DNA from: a virus
Taxonomy: Duplodnaviria > Caudoviricetes
Direction: 5' to 3' (one strand)
Length of the DNA stretch: 64,000 bases
IMG/VR virus record: IMGVR_UViG_3300031820_000003
Span: 22,868-86,867 of that record
A program made the translations under genes and the position numbers. A model generated the notes under the pieces. The model was given only the letters and a program-made list of their open reading frames with translations, had not been told where the DNA came from and did not search any database. Shown here piece after piece: positions 25,197 to 33,823 of this stretch (its first letter is position 1; each line of letters starts with the position of its first letter).

Positions 25197-25553
25197 TCAG
25201 CCATTATTCTTGATCATCCCGACACCATGCCGAAGTTCGTCGTACCACTTGGTCAGCGTCGTGATTTGTGACTGGAGATTCTCAATCTCTTTCTTCTGAA
25301 CCGCAACCGTAGTCACAACCTCGTTGAGCTTCTTCAGCTCATCCTTCATCTCGGTAATTTCTTCAGTCTGTTGCCTGCTGACCGCCTCGAATGTTCCGGC
25401 CATTCTTCCCATCTTTACAATGATAGCACCGAGAGCCAGGCCGCCTCCGATTATCTCAACCGCGACTTTTGTGTATTCCAGAATTTCCGTTTCAAGCGCC
25501 ATTCCCATCGCCTCAAAAGAGAAGGGAGGCGCAGGATAGCGCCTCCCCATCAA
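25197..25553 (-). CDS. TM plus coiled-coil protein (holin/XhlA-like topology)
   Basis: VAVEIIGGGLALGAIIV TM followed by coiled coil. Confidence 0.6.
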   Translation of the reverse strand: MMGRRYPAPPFSFEAMGMALETEILEYTKVAVEIIGGGLALGAIIVKMGRMAGTFEAVSRQQTEEITEMKDELKKLNEVVTTVAVQKKEIENLQSQITTLTKWYDELRHGVGMIKNNG

Positions 25554-25589
25554 CTCGATTACTCCCCTACTGGATTTACTCTACGCAAC

Positions 25590-26345
25590 TCAAAGCTTGT
25601 ATTCGAGCGTGAGCATCTGCGTCAGGAAGTTGTACTTCGCCGTGCTGGTCGCGATCGGAACGGTGCCGCCCGTGGGCGTGACCGTCAGCGAGCGCGAACC
25701 GAGGTCGGTGTATCGCCCCTCGATGCCGACGTTCAGGTGATCAGTGAAGGCGTACTTCATGAATGCGCCGAAGTCCCACCCGATGCTCGTATCCGAAATC
25801 GCCTGCGTGCAGTTCGTCCCGCCGGCACACGCCCCAGCCGCCGTCAGGTTCGGCTTGGCGCCACCGAAGGCAAAGCCGCCCTTGACGCCCACGAGGAGCT
25901 TCGGATCAAGGCCGGCATAGCCGAGCTCGACATTGACCGCGCCCAGGTAGTTCGTCTGGTTGCTGATGCTGAGCACCGGGATGCCGCCAGTGGCAAGCGT
26001 GGAACCATTCTGAAGGTTCATCACGCCGATGTCGGCCTCGGCACCGAGCACCCATGGCGAGCCTTGCTGCTGGAAGAATACCTCAAGGCCGCCACCGAAC
26101 CCAGGACCATGCGGAATGGAAGCCAGGTTGATGGTGGTCGGCGTGGGCGAGGTCGGGGCGATGGTGGTATCCATCCCGGCAAAGTTTGCCGAGTAGGAAC
26201 CATAGCCCCAGATATAGAAGCCGCTCCAATTGAACGACCCCACCGGAGCTTTGTAGACCGGCTGCGGAGTGGCCAGCTTCAGGTCGGCAGCGCCGGCCGG
26301 TGAAATCGTCAGAATCAACGCAGAGGCAAGCAGGAAATTTCGCAT
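25590..26345 (-). CDS. Outer-membrane beta-barrel protein (Omp25/RopB-like)
   Basis: Signal peptide, AADL..P.YKAP..FNWSGFY, alternating beta strands, C-terminal LEYKL. Confidence 0.88.
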   Translation of the reverse strand: MRNFLLASALILTISPAGAADLKLATPQPVYKAPVGSFNWSGFYIWGYGSYSANFAGMDTTIAPTSPTPTTINLASIPHGPGFGGGLEVFFQQQGSPWVLGAEADIGVMNLQNGSTLATGGIPVLSISNQTNYLGAVNVELGYAGLDPKLLVGVKGGFAFGGAKPNLTAAGACAGGTNCTQAISDTSIGWDFGAFMKYAFTDHLNVGIEGRYTDLGSRSLTVTPTGGTVPIATSTAKYNFLTQMLTLEYKL

Positions 26346-26465
26346 GTCGCTCTCCCTTGGCGCATCGCGCGCCCTACCCTGCTTGGCTATTAGCTAGCGA
26401 ACTAACGTAAAGCAAAAAATGAGTCCTGACTGATTTTGTCAAAACCCGTTGCATAAATGCCACTA

Positions 26466-26840
26466 TTACGGCATGACCTTGGGATGCGTGGCCATCGCGG
26501 CTGAGGCTTGCCCCGCAATGACGTTGAGAACCTCGGGGATATTGGCGATCTTGTCCGCCACCGCCGCTGTCTTGGATGGCTCGGACACCGCTGCTGTGGC
26601 CTGCGTGGTTACCACCATGGTATTCGGCAATGCGCCAGCGGATGCCTTCAGGCCAGCATTGCGGCGCACCCAGACTCCCCAAATGGTTGGCGCAACGGTG
26701 ACGATCGACCCGGTTAGGGTGGTCATGCTCGTGAGCAATACGGATTCGTCCCCCGCAGTCATCAGGCCGCGAGTGACGAGGACGCCGCCCAAAATCTGCA
26801 ACACGGTACGCACAAGCATCAGGATTTGCTCCTGGTTCAT
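26466..26840 (-). CDS. Putative holin (Pam3-gp28-like)
   Basis: MNQEQILMLVRTVLQILGGVLV.RG; 2 TM; next to endolysin. Confidence 0.7.
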   Translation of the reverse strand: MNQEQILMLVRTVLQILGGVLVTRGLMTAGDESVLLTSMTTLTGSIVTVAPTIWGVWVRRNAGLKASAGALPNTMVVTTQATAAVSEPSKTAAVADKIANIPEVLNVIAGQASAAMATHPKVMP

Positions 26841-26939
26841 GTCAGGCTCCACAATAAGAGGAAGAGAGGCCGCCAATACAGATTAGCGGCGATGATTACG
26901 CATACGGAAAGCAACAAGAAACCTATCGCTGCCGCAGTA

Positions 26940-27191
26940 TCATTCACGCGGCTTGCTGACTTTGTTGGGCGTCACCGATGAAAACGGAACAATCCCTCCC
27001 CACCAAAAATGGCATGTGAGGAATCCGGTTATGAAACCGGCGATCCATGGGAAGGCAGGGAAGTATGCGGAGATCGTCCAGACGAACCGCGATAGCGTGG
27101 CCGTGTTGTCATAGAGGGAATACGCTTCCATGACCGAGAACGACACGACGAGGATCAGCAGCCACGCCGCCCACTTCCAGTAACCCTTCAC
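26940..27191 (-). CDS. Putative holin/antiholin (2 TM)
   Basis: Hydrophobic; coupled to endolysin stop. Confidence 0.65.
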   Translation of the reverse strand: MKGYWKWAAWLLILVVSFSVMEAYSLYDNTATLSRFVWTISAYFPAFPWIAGFITGFLTCHFWWGGIVPFSSVTPNKVSKPRE

Positions 27192-27781
27192 GCGATTGCC
27201 CCTTGCACCATCTTAACCGCCGTCGCGGCGATTTCCTTGTCTCGCCTGATCCAATCGCCACCGAATCTGCCGAACGTGCGGAAGCTGCGATACACTGCGG
27301 CCCGACGACCCTCCTCATCAAGGATCACAGCGGGCACATCCTTGATGGCCATGACCCTGAGATTGGTCTGCGGCCCCCATGCGCCATCCGCCGTAATGCC
27401 GAGGCTCGCCTGCAGCAGCATAATCATGCGCCGCGTCCCCATGTTCACGCGAGTATCAAAGCAGAACAGGTCGAGGCCGATCGGCAGTCTCGGGCAGAAC
27501 GGCAGCCAATAGCTATCGTAGTAGATCGTGGTGCCGATCTCCTCTCCTATGTGCCGCACGTCGCCTTCAGGAAGCCCATGCGCTTCGCAGTACTCGTCAT
27601 AGTCAGCGTGAGTCAGGCCGCATTGCGTGGCCCCACCGGGGTCTTGCGGGTCATTGTCGAAGTTCCTAGGATTGGTCCAGTCGGCCGACGTGCCGGTGTA
27701 GACATTGCATTCTTGCTGAAGCACGAATGGGAGGCAGATTTGAAATCGCGGGTCCATCCAGTTTTCCTTGATGTCATCCAA
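27188..27781 (-). CDS. Endolysin, glycosyl hydrolase family 108 (start may be 27757)
   Basis: E..NDPQDPGGAT..G, FD..VNMG, DG..GPQT, FGGDWIRR. Confidence 0.9.
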   Translation of the reverse strand: MDDIKENWMDPRFQICLPFVLQQECNVYTGTSADWTNPRNFDNDPQDPGGATQCGLTHADYDEYCEAHGLPEGDVRHIGEEIGTTIYYDSYWLPFCPRLPIGLDLFCFDTRVNMGTRRMIMLLQASLGITADGAWGPQTNLRVMAIKDVPAVILDEEGRRAAVYRSFRTFGRFGGDWIRRDKEIAATAVKMVQGAIA

Positions 27782-27874
27782 TGTGTGCTGACCGGGACTT
27801 TCTACGGAATTGTCGCAGCCTTTTTCATTATCGGCATATTGGTAAGCGCCGGGGCGCTTCCTTGATGGACGTTC

Positions 27875-29332
27875 TTATGTCAGCGGAACAATGATAATCA
27901 CAACGTCAGCAGTCGCAGCCGACCCCTGCGCAGTGCCGATCCTCACCTGAAGCGTTGCATCGTTGTAGGCTTCTGTGCCGGCATTGGTGATCGTCAGATT
28001 TTGCGAATTGTTGTTCGTATCAGCGGCCGTTGCTGTGACCGTGACGGCCTGATTGGCGGCAATGGTCTGGCCGCCACCGCCAGTCCCCGTGAACACGCCT
28101 ATCGTCGCGGTAGAGATCGATGCGCTGGCGTTGTTGAGGCGAACACTTTGGACTTGATATCGAGAAACCCCTGGCGGCAACGGAACGGGAATAGCGTTAT
28201 CGGTATTGGCTGAGTTGAAATTAACGCCCGTCAGCTTGATGCGGGTAAACCCGATCTGGTCAAAGGTGGCGACAGTTAGCCCTTTGCTGAGAATGCCACC
28301 AGTGCCGTCAACGCTGAAACCGTTGGATTTGAATGCGCTTCCAGAAAACGTGAAGCCTGTGAAGTCGACGCCGTGGGTTACGTTGAACGTGCCGAGGGTT
28401 TCAAGATGCGTCCCAATAACGGTGCCGCTCGAAGCGATCGGAGGTAAGCCGTTGGCGGCAGTTTCCGCAAAGCTAATACCCTGCTTCCAACCAAGTCCGG
28501 GACCGTAGACCCCTGTCGCTCCCCCCGTGTAAAACACCAGGCCAGCATCGCTGGACGCACCAACAACTTGGGTAAAATTGGCGATGTTGACGCCCCAATT
28601 GTATTTGGCCGTTCCTCCAGTTGCTCCATAGTTGTCAACTTCGGCTCCAGACGCGACAAACAAGTTCGTCGCAGCAGCACTTACGCGGACTTGTGGGTTG
28701 GCGCCAAAGTAAGCCCCAAGCGCACCAGCGCCGGTATTCGTGCCTCCATCTCCGGTGCGAGTGTCAGATATGGAAGAGCCGCCTGTGTAGTTTCGGTTTG
28801 TATTGCTGGCGTTCGTTATTGCTGTTTGTACCAACCACCCAAAAATCGGGACCCGGCCGCCTGTCGCTGCTGATCCGCCGAAAATATGGACGATCTCGAA
28901 ATCGTAGAGAATCCCGGCTCCGACAGCGCCGTTATCCGATGGAATAAAAATGCCATCCATGGCGGTGCTGGATGTGCCGCTGCCACCCGCAAAGCCGGGG
29001 AATGTCGATCCTGAAATGCTCTGATTGATGAGCAGCCCTTGAGTCGTCGAATTGGCCGGCGGGCTTATCACTAACGGCGTCGAATTCCCGACAATCGAGC
29101 CGACTGCCGACAGCGGCACCTGAAAGAAAGTCTTGGCTACGCTGTCATATCCGAGCAAATAGTCTGTCGGGAAATTTGCGGTCTGTGGAGGGTTCTGAAT
29201 TCCAAGATTGGAGATGTTGAAGCCGACAGTCCAGATGCCGTTCTGCTTGGTGATGGTGACTGGACCTGTGCCTGTCACCAGCGCCGGGAATGGCACATTG
29301 GTATTGAGGCGGATTGTTGCGGGAGCGGCCAT
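27875..29332 (-). CDS. Tail fibre / receptor-binding protein
   Basis: 485 aa, Gly/Thr/Ala/Asn-rich; adaptor N-terminus. Confidence 0.75.
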   Translation of the reverse strand: MAAPATIRLNTNVPFPALVTGTGPVTITKQNGIWTVGFNISNLGIQNPPQTANFPTDYLLGYDSVAKTFFQVPLSAVGSIVGNSTPLVISPPANSTTQGLLINQSISGSTFPGFAGGSGTSSTAMDGIFIPSDNGAVGAGILYDFEIVHIFGGSAATGGRVPIFGWLVQTAITNASNTNRNYTGGSSISDTRTGDGGTNTGAGALGAYFGANPQVRVSAAATNLFVASGAEVDNYGATGGTAKYNWGVNIANFTQVVGASSDAGLVFYTGGATGVYGPGLGWKQGISFAETAANGLPPIASSGTVIGTHLETLGTFNVTHGVDFTGFTFSGSAFKSNGFSVDGTGGILSKGLTVATFDQIGFTRIKLTGVNFNSANTDNAIPVPLPPGVSRYQVQSVRLNNASASISTATIGVFTGTGGGGQTIAANQAVTVTATAADTNNNSQNLTITNAGTEAYNDATLQVRIGTAQGSAATADVVIIIVPLT

Positions 29333-29333
29333 G

Positions 29334-30041
29334 CTAGTTCGTCGTGCCGCCGTACAACACGGGCAGCCTCCCTGTGAATATCTGGCGCGTGTTCACGCTA
29401 TCGGTCATGGTCATGCAGGCCAGGAACGTCCGCGCATAGGTGTTGGATTGCGAGTTGTAGGGAACATCCAGGATGGTCCTGAAGACGCTCTCCGGGATGG
29501 AGATTTGGAAAAAGCCGATATCGATGATCGTGATGCCGTTCCCGAGGCCAGCTACCAGGATTGGCCCCTGGTCGTCAGGCGTGCCGAAGTCGTACCAGGC
29601 GATATAGCCAGAACCCGTATTGTTGGGCGTCTCGCCGCGTATCTCGAACTGGAATGTCCATCCGATCTGGCAAACCAGTGCGCCGTTCGAGCTCGTATAG
29701 CTCGTCACGTAGCCGACCATCGTATTAAGGCCGGTCGCTGTATCGGCAATGGTGACGGGATCGCCGGGCTTGATGCCGAGGCCCGCGCCGACAGTCAACG
29801 GAAGAGCGGATAGCTGGCTGCCGATCGGGAATGTCGGGATGGTGATCGGCGTGGTGGATGTGGTGACGATCGCGCCATCGGTGACGGTCCACGCGCTCGA
29901 CGTGAAACTCGAGCCAGGATTGGCGAGCGTCGTGCCGCTCAGATTGATGGGCGAGCCCGTATCGTCATCGAACAGCGAACCAAATGTGAGGAAGTCCTCC
30001 CGGTTCGTGAACTGCGGGAAGTAGACCGGAGTTGAGTACAT
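29334..30041 (-). CDS. Tail-associated (adaptor) protein
   Basis: Beta-rich; TNREDF...INLSG motif; tail cluster. Confidence 0.7.
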   Translation of the reverse strand: MYSTPVYFPQFTNREDFLTFGSLFDDDTGSPINLSGTTLANPGSSFTSSAWTVTDGAIVTTSTTPITIPTFPIGSQLSALPLTVGAGLGIKPGDPVTIADTATGLNTMVGYVTSYTSSNGALVCQIGWTFQFEIRGETPNNTGSGYIAWYDFGTPDDQGPILVAGLGNGITIIDIGFFQISIPESVFRTILDVPYNSQSNTYARTFLACMTMTDSVNTRQIFTGRLPVLYGGTTN

Positions 30042-30059
30042 ATCAGAGCTTTATATTGA

Positions 30060-30088
30060 TTGACAGGTGTGCCAGAGGTTCATATGGT
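30060..30088 (+). promoter_or_regulatory. Putative promoter TTGACA-17-TATGGT for a leaderless HNH mRNA
   Basis: -10 box ends 5 nt before the ATG at 30094. Confidence 0.55.
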
Positions 30089-30093
30089 CTATA

Positions 30094-30603
30094 ATGCCTG
30101 TGAAACCAAAGCCATTGCCGCCTCTTTCAGTGCTCAAAGCGGCCTTCCTGCATGATCCAAAAACAGGTCGGCTGATCAACAAAGTTTCGCGGACTTCTCG
30201 CAAGGCCGGAGAATTTGCTGAGTCGTACAATGTTGCTGGATATGCAGTCGTCCACTTGAACGGAAAGAATTATCTTGCTCATCGCGTTATTTGGAAAATG
30301 ATTTACGGAAAGGACCCAGTCGGTTATCTCGATCATAAGAATTCTAAGGACCGTTCTAATAACCGAAAAGACAATCTTCGCGAAGCAACACATCAACAAA
30401 ATATGTTCAATCTGCGCGTTCGCCGGGATAGTTCTACTGGCATTAAGGGCGTCCACCGTAGGAAGGGAAGCGGCAAGTTTCGCGCCTATATTTCCGTCAG
30501 TGGGCGCCGAGAATGGCTTGGAAACTTCCCAACCATTGAAGAAGCGGCAGCGGCCGTCCGTCAACGGCGGATCGAAATCCATGGAGCCTATGCAAGTCAT
30601 TGA
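30094..30603 (+). CDS. HNH endonuclease with AP2 domain (antisense insertion)
   Basis: AHRVIW..LDHKN..NNRKDNLR; TGIKGV..KFRA. Confidence 0.9.
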   Translation: MPVKPKPLPPLSVLKAAFLHDPKTGRLINKVSRTSRKAGEFAESYNVAGYAVVHLNGKNYLAHRVIWKMIYGKDPVGYLDHKNSKDRSNNRKDNLREATHQQNMFNLRVRRDSSTGIKGVHRRKGSGKFRAYISVSGRREWLGNFPTIEEAAAAVRQRRIEIHGAYASH

Positions 30604-30610
30604 TATATAA

Positions 30611-31672
30611 TCATAATTTCACATACCAACTTCCCGTCAGCGCGGCGCTCAGGACATTGTGCGAGCTGCCCGAGCCGAGAGCGCTGATTGTGCCGGCGGG
30701 CGTAATGGTCACCGTTGGCGTGAAGTTGCCAGTGTTGAAGGCTGCGAAACCGCCGCCACCGAGAGTGCCTGCGGTGCTCGACGTAACTTGCTGATTGCCG
30801 CTCCACGTCTGCTGCGTGCCGGTAAAGGTGGGCGACACCGCCGGCAACTGCGCCTGTGTTAGCGTATGATTATCCTCGCCCGCGGTCGCGCCCGGCGTTG
30901 TCGGCGTATCGCCGCCTGACGTGATGTTCTGCGCGAGCAGAAGGCCGAGCGGGGCATTGCCCATGTCATCAACACCGACACCGCATATGCGCGCGCGGCA
31001 GTCATAGACCGTAATCGTCTTGTTGGCATTGAAGTCGGCCAAGCCGGATGCGCCCTTGCCGCCCGCGACCGTACAGAGGTGGCAGTTGGTCCACAGATAG
31101 ACGAACAGAGCTTGCGTATCGGCATTGGCTCGGCCCGTTGCGCCTGACGTAGCGCTGCCGATCGTCAGCCCATTGGCCTTGACCCATCCGGTGATAGTCT
31201 CGCCGGTCGGCCGGAACTTCAGGTCTCCTGTCGCGAAGATCGTGGTCGGATCGATGCCGCCGCCGCCCCCCGACCCACCTGACGGCCCGATGACGAGCGC
31301 GGACGGATAGTCGAACTGCACCACACCTCCCGCATCTGTTAGGCGGATGTGGACGGACCCATTGGCGAGGTAAAATGCGGGGACACGGCCATTTGCATCA
31401 AGCGGCAAGGGCCATGGATTCTGGATCGTCAGCGCTGTATCCTGGAACGAGTTCTGACGGGTGGCGACCGTGCCAACCTGATAGAAATACAGCAGGCCGC
31501 CAATGAGTGGCGTTCCGCAGGCATTGGCAGCGGTCGAGCATCCCACGAATGAGAATTGCTGGGTCAGGGAGACCGGCAGCGTGCCTTGCGCCGATGCCGG
31601 TGCGTAGCCGAATAGCAATAGGAGGGCAGCAATGGTAACTCTTGCTCGTATTGCAGTTAGTTTCATCGTCAT
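30611..31672 (-). CDS. Tail fibre with tail-collar domain and N-terminal Sec-type signal peptide
   Basis: GLLYFY.GT..LDANGR head-binding-type domain; TGDLK..GW..NG collar; MKLTAIRAR-VTIAALLLLFG-APASA|Q. Confidence 0.8.
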   Translation of the reverse strand: MTMKLTAIRARVTIAALLLLFGYAPASAQGTLPVSLTQQFSFVGCSTAANACGTPLIGGLLYFYQVGTVATRQNSFQDTALTIQNPWPLPLDANGRVPAFYLANGSVHIRLTDAGGVVQFDYPSALVIGPSGGSGGGGGIDPTTIFATGDLKFRPTGETITGWVKANGLTIGSATSGATGRANADTQALFVYLWTNCHLCTVAGGKGASGLADFNANKTITVYDCRARICGVGVDDMGNAPLGLLLAQNITSGGDTPTTPGATAGEDNHTLTQAQLPAVSPTFTGTQQTWSGNQQVTSSTAGTLGGGGFAAFNTGNFTPTVTITPAGTISALGSGSSHNVLSAALTGSWYVKL

Positions 31673-31823
31673 AACAGGGGTCCTGTTTTGGGCAACGTCA
31701 GGCGACGATTGGCATTGGCATGACCATCCGTTTGAACAAACGCTAATCATTTTCTGGCCGTGGTCAGTATTGTTGTTGAGCATTGCGCCTTTGATCATCA
31801 TCAAAGCGATAGACAACAGATGA
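31632..31823 (+). CDS. Small two-TM protein (antisense)
   Basis: AGGAGG SD; two TM; ATGA-coupled to the next ORF. Confidence 0.5.
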   Translation: MVTLARIAVSFIVITGVLFWATSGDDWHWHDHPFEQTLIIFWPWSVLLLSIAPLIIIKAIDNR

Positions 31824-31978
31824 TCTTCTTCATCGTCTGCTTGGTTTCCGTTTATTCCATCACTGAAGGGATGATCGTGTTCCCTTGGTCGGGCTGGCTA
31901 TTGCTGGCCCTGATCTTCTGCCGGCGCCGTAAGTCGACGCTGGACAGCCTGCGTGATGTGCTCGGCCCGGATGCCTAG
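31820..31978 (+). CDS. Small membrane protein (antisense)
   Basis: Hydrophobic 52 aa; coupled. Confidence 0.4.
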   Translation: MIFFIVCLVSVYSITEGMIVFPWSGWLLLALIFCRRRKSTLDSLRDVLGPDA

Positions 31979-33823
31979 ATTGTTGGCGAGATTGCGGGTC
32001 GCCAAATTGAAGGCGGTCGTCCGTGCTGGCGTTGGCGAGGCAAGAAGCGTCTGATAGGCGCGCGACCATTTCGAAGCCGACGCAGCGCTGGCCGGACTCG
32101 CAAGCCATCTCGTGAACATCCAGAGTGCAGCCGTCGATCCTGCACCGATAGCCGTTCCGCCGCCAAGCCCACCTGTAGCCACGTCAGTCGCGAGCAATGC
32201 TGCGTCCTTCGCCACATCCATCAGCACCAGGAACGAGGCGGAATGCGATGTGCTGCTTTCCCGCAGCGCGCCTTTGATGTGCTGACCCATCTGCGCGATA
32301 GCCTCGATCGAGGCCCGGTGCGCAGGACTTGGTGTAAATGGTGTCAGGTCGCCATGCTCCTCGCGCAGCCGGTTTACGGCTGTCACGAACTTGGCAAGGC
32401 TGAATTGGCCGGTCGCCGGATTGAATCCGAGCGCCCGCAATGTCGGGTCGTCAGCGTGCTTGTTGAGAATGCCCTGTAGCTTCTTGTTCGCCTGTGAGAG
32501 CGGACCAAATCGGCTTTCGGCCGCATCGAAGGCCCGCTGCGCACGAGCCCCGCCCTGCCGCCCGATATTGTCCCGTATGTCCGCCGTCATGGCACGGGTA
32601 ATTTGGTTATAGTCCGCAGCGTTGTAGCCGGGATGAGGGGTCGCCACATTACCGGCCTCGCGCGCGTCCACCCGCGCCCGGTGTGCACCGTTGAAGCTGG
32701 CGCCCTGCCCGATATTCTCGAATTGCTCGAGCCCCTGATCAGGATTGGGATGCCCGGCAGCCGTGCGTGCGGCCTTGACCCTTTGCACCGCGGCAGCCGT
32801 GCGCGGCATCGGCATGACCCGATCGGGAGCAATCTGGCCACGCACATTGCCATAAAGGCCGTCTATGGCCTGCCGATTGGCGTCTATAGCGTCCTGAATG
32901 CGCGATTGACCGGCAACGGTGCCGGCCGCCTCCTCGGTCTGCGCAACTCGCTCGCCAATCTTCTCGCCGGCAAACGGCACCTGCCGCAGCTTGGCGGTCG
33001 TCGCCTGCACCGCAGAGCTATCCGAAACCACTCCGCGCGGCAGCGGTGCCCCGATGATATCGGCCGTGCGTGCGGCCTGCTGACCAGGTGTTGTTCCGGT
33101 GGTCAGGCGAGGTCCTACGGCAGCCCCGAGAGCACCACCCAGCCCGAGGCCAATAAGCCCGGTTGTCGCCCCACGGGTCGCTATATCGCTTGGGGATGCC
33201 CCCTCGCTAGTGGCCTCGCCAGTGCCATAGAGAGCGCCGCCTATGGCGCCTGTGCGCGCCCCCTGTATCGCCCTGGCCCCAATGCCACCCGCACGCATGG
33301 CGCCTGCGCCGGGGACTGGCATCGCCAGGGTGCCCGCCAACTGTCCGGCGAGGTAAATCTGCGGATGCTGCTCCTTGGCGAGGTCCTGGTTCTCAAGCGC
33401 CGCCTGCCGCCCGCGGTTATAGGCGTCCTGCACATCCGGATCGGGATGACCGGAGAGATAGCCACTGAGGAGCTTGGCCGCCCCAAGAACAGGCCGCAAT
33501 GCCGCAGCGCCGCTCGCCCGCTCCTCTGGCGTCTTAGGCTCGGGCAGCCCAGACGCGGACGCAACGCCTTCCAGAGCCGGCGAGAAGCCGAATGTGAGCC
33601 CTTCCGCAGCAGCGGTGCCAAGAGCCTCCCCACCGCTTACCTGCCGCTTTGGCGGCGGTGGCGTGTCGTGGTCGTCCGCAAAGGGATCGCCCGCTGGCCC
33701 CGCAGGAGCGACGCCAGTCCCGCTCGCGCCCCGCGCCGGTGCGTCGAGGTCATCGGCAAACGGGTCGACCGGAGGCGGCTCGACGCCTCGCGGATGTACA
33801 ACACCGACATATGTGGGCGTCAT
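31898..33823 (-). CDS. DNA ejection protein (P22 gp16 position)
   Basis: 641 aa, Ala/Gly-rich with hydrophobic segments; DDPFA repeats. Confidence 0.75.
   Translation of the reverse strand: MTPTYVGVVHPRGVEPPPVDPFADDLDAPARGASGTGVAPAGPAGDPFADDHDTPPPPKRQVSGGEALGTAAAEGLTFGFSPALEGVASASGLPEPKTPEERASGAAALRPVLGAAKLLSGYLSGHPDPDVQDAYNRGRQAALENQDLAKEQHPQIYLAGQLAGTLAMPVPGAGAMRAGGIGARAIQGARTGAIGGALYGTGEATSEGASPSDIATRGATTGLIGLGLGGALGAAVGPRLTTGTTPGQQAARTADIIGAPLPRGVVSDSSAVQATTAKLRQVPFAGEKIGERVAQTEEAAGTVAGQSRIQDAIDANRQAIDGLYGNVRGQIAPDRVMPMPRTAAAVQRVKAARTAAGHPNPDQGLEQFENIGQGASFNGAHRARVDAREAGNVATPHPGYNAADYNQITRAMTADIRDNIGRQGGARAQRAFDAAESRFGPLSQANKKLQGILNKHADDPTLRALGFNPATGQFSLAKFVTAVNRLREEHGDLTPFTPSPAHRASIEAIAQMGQHIKGALRESSTSHSASFLVLMDVAKDAALLATDVATGGLGGGTAIGAGSTAALWMFTRWLASPASAASASKWSRAYQTLLASPTPARTTAFNLATRNLANNLGIRAEHITQAVQRRLTAPAEDQGQQ

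Noticed and set aside
30600-30806. Small ORFs on both strands at the tail-fibre 3' end
   Set aside because: They lie fully within the tail-fibre CDS and lack an SD and recognisable features.
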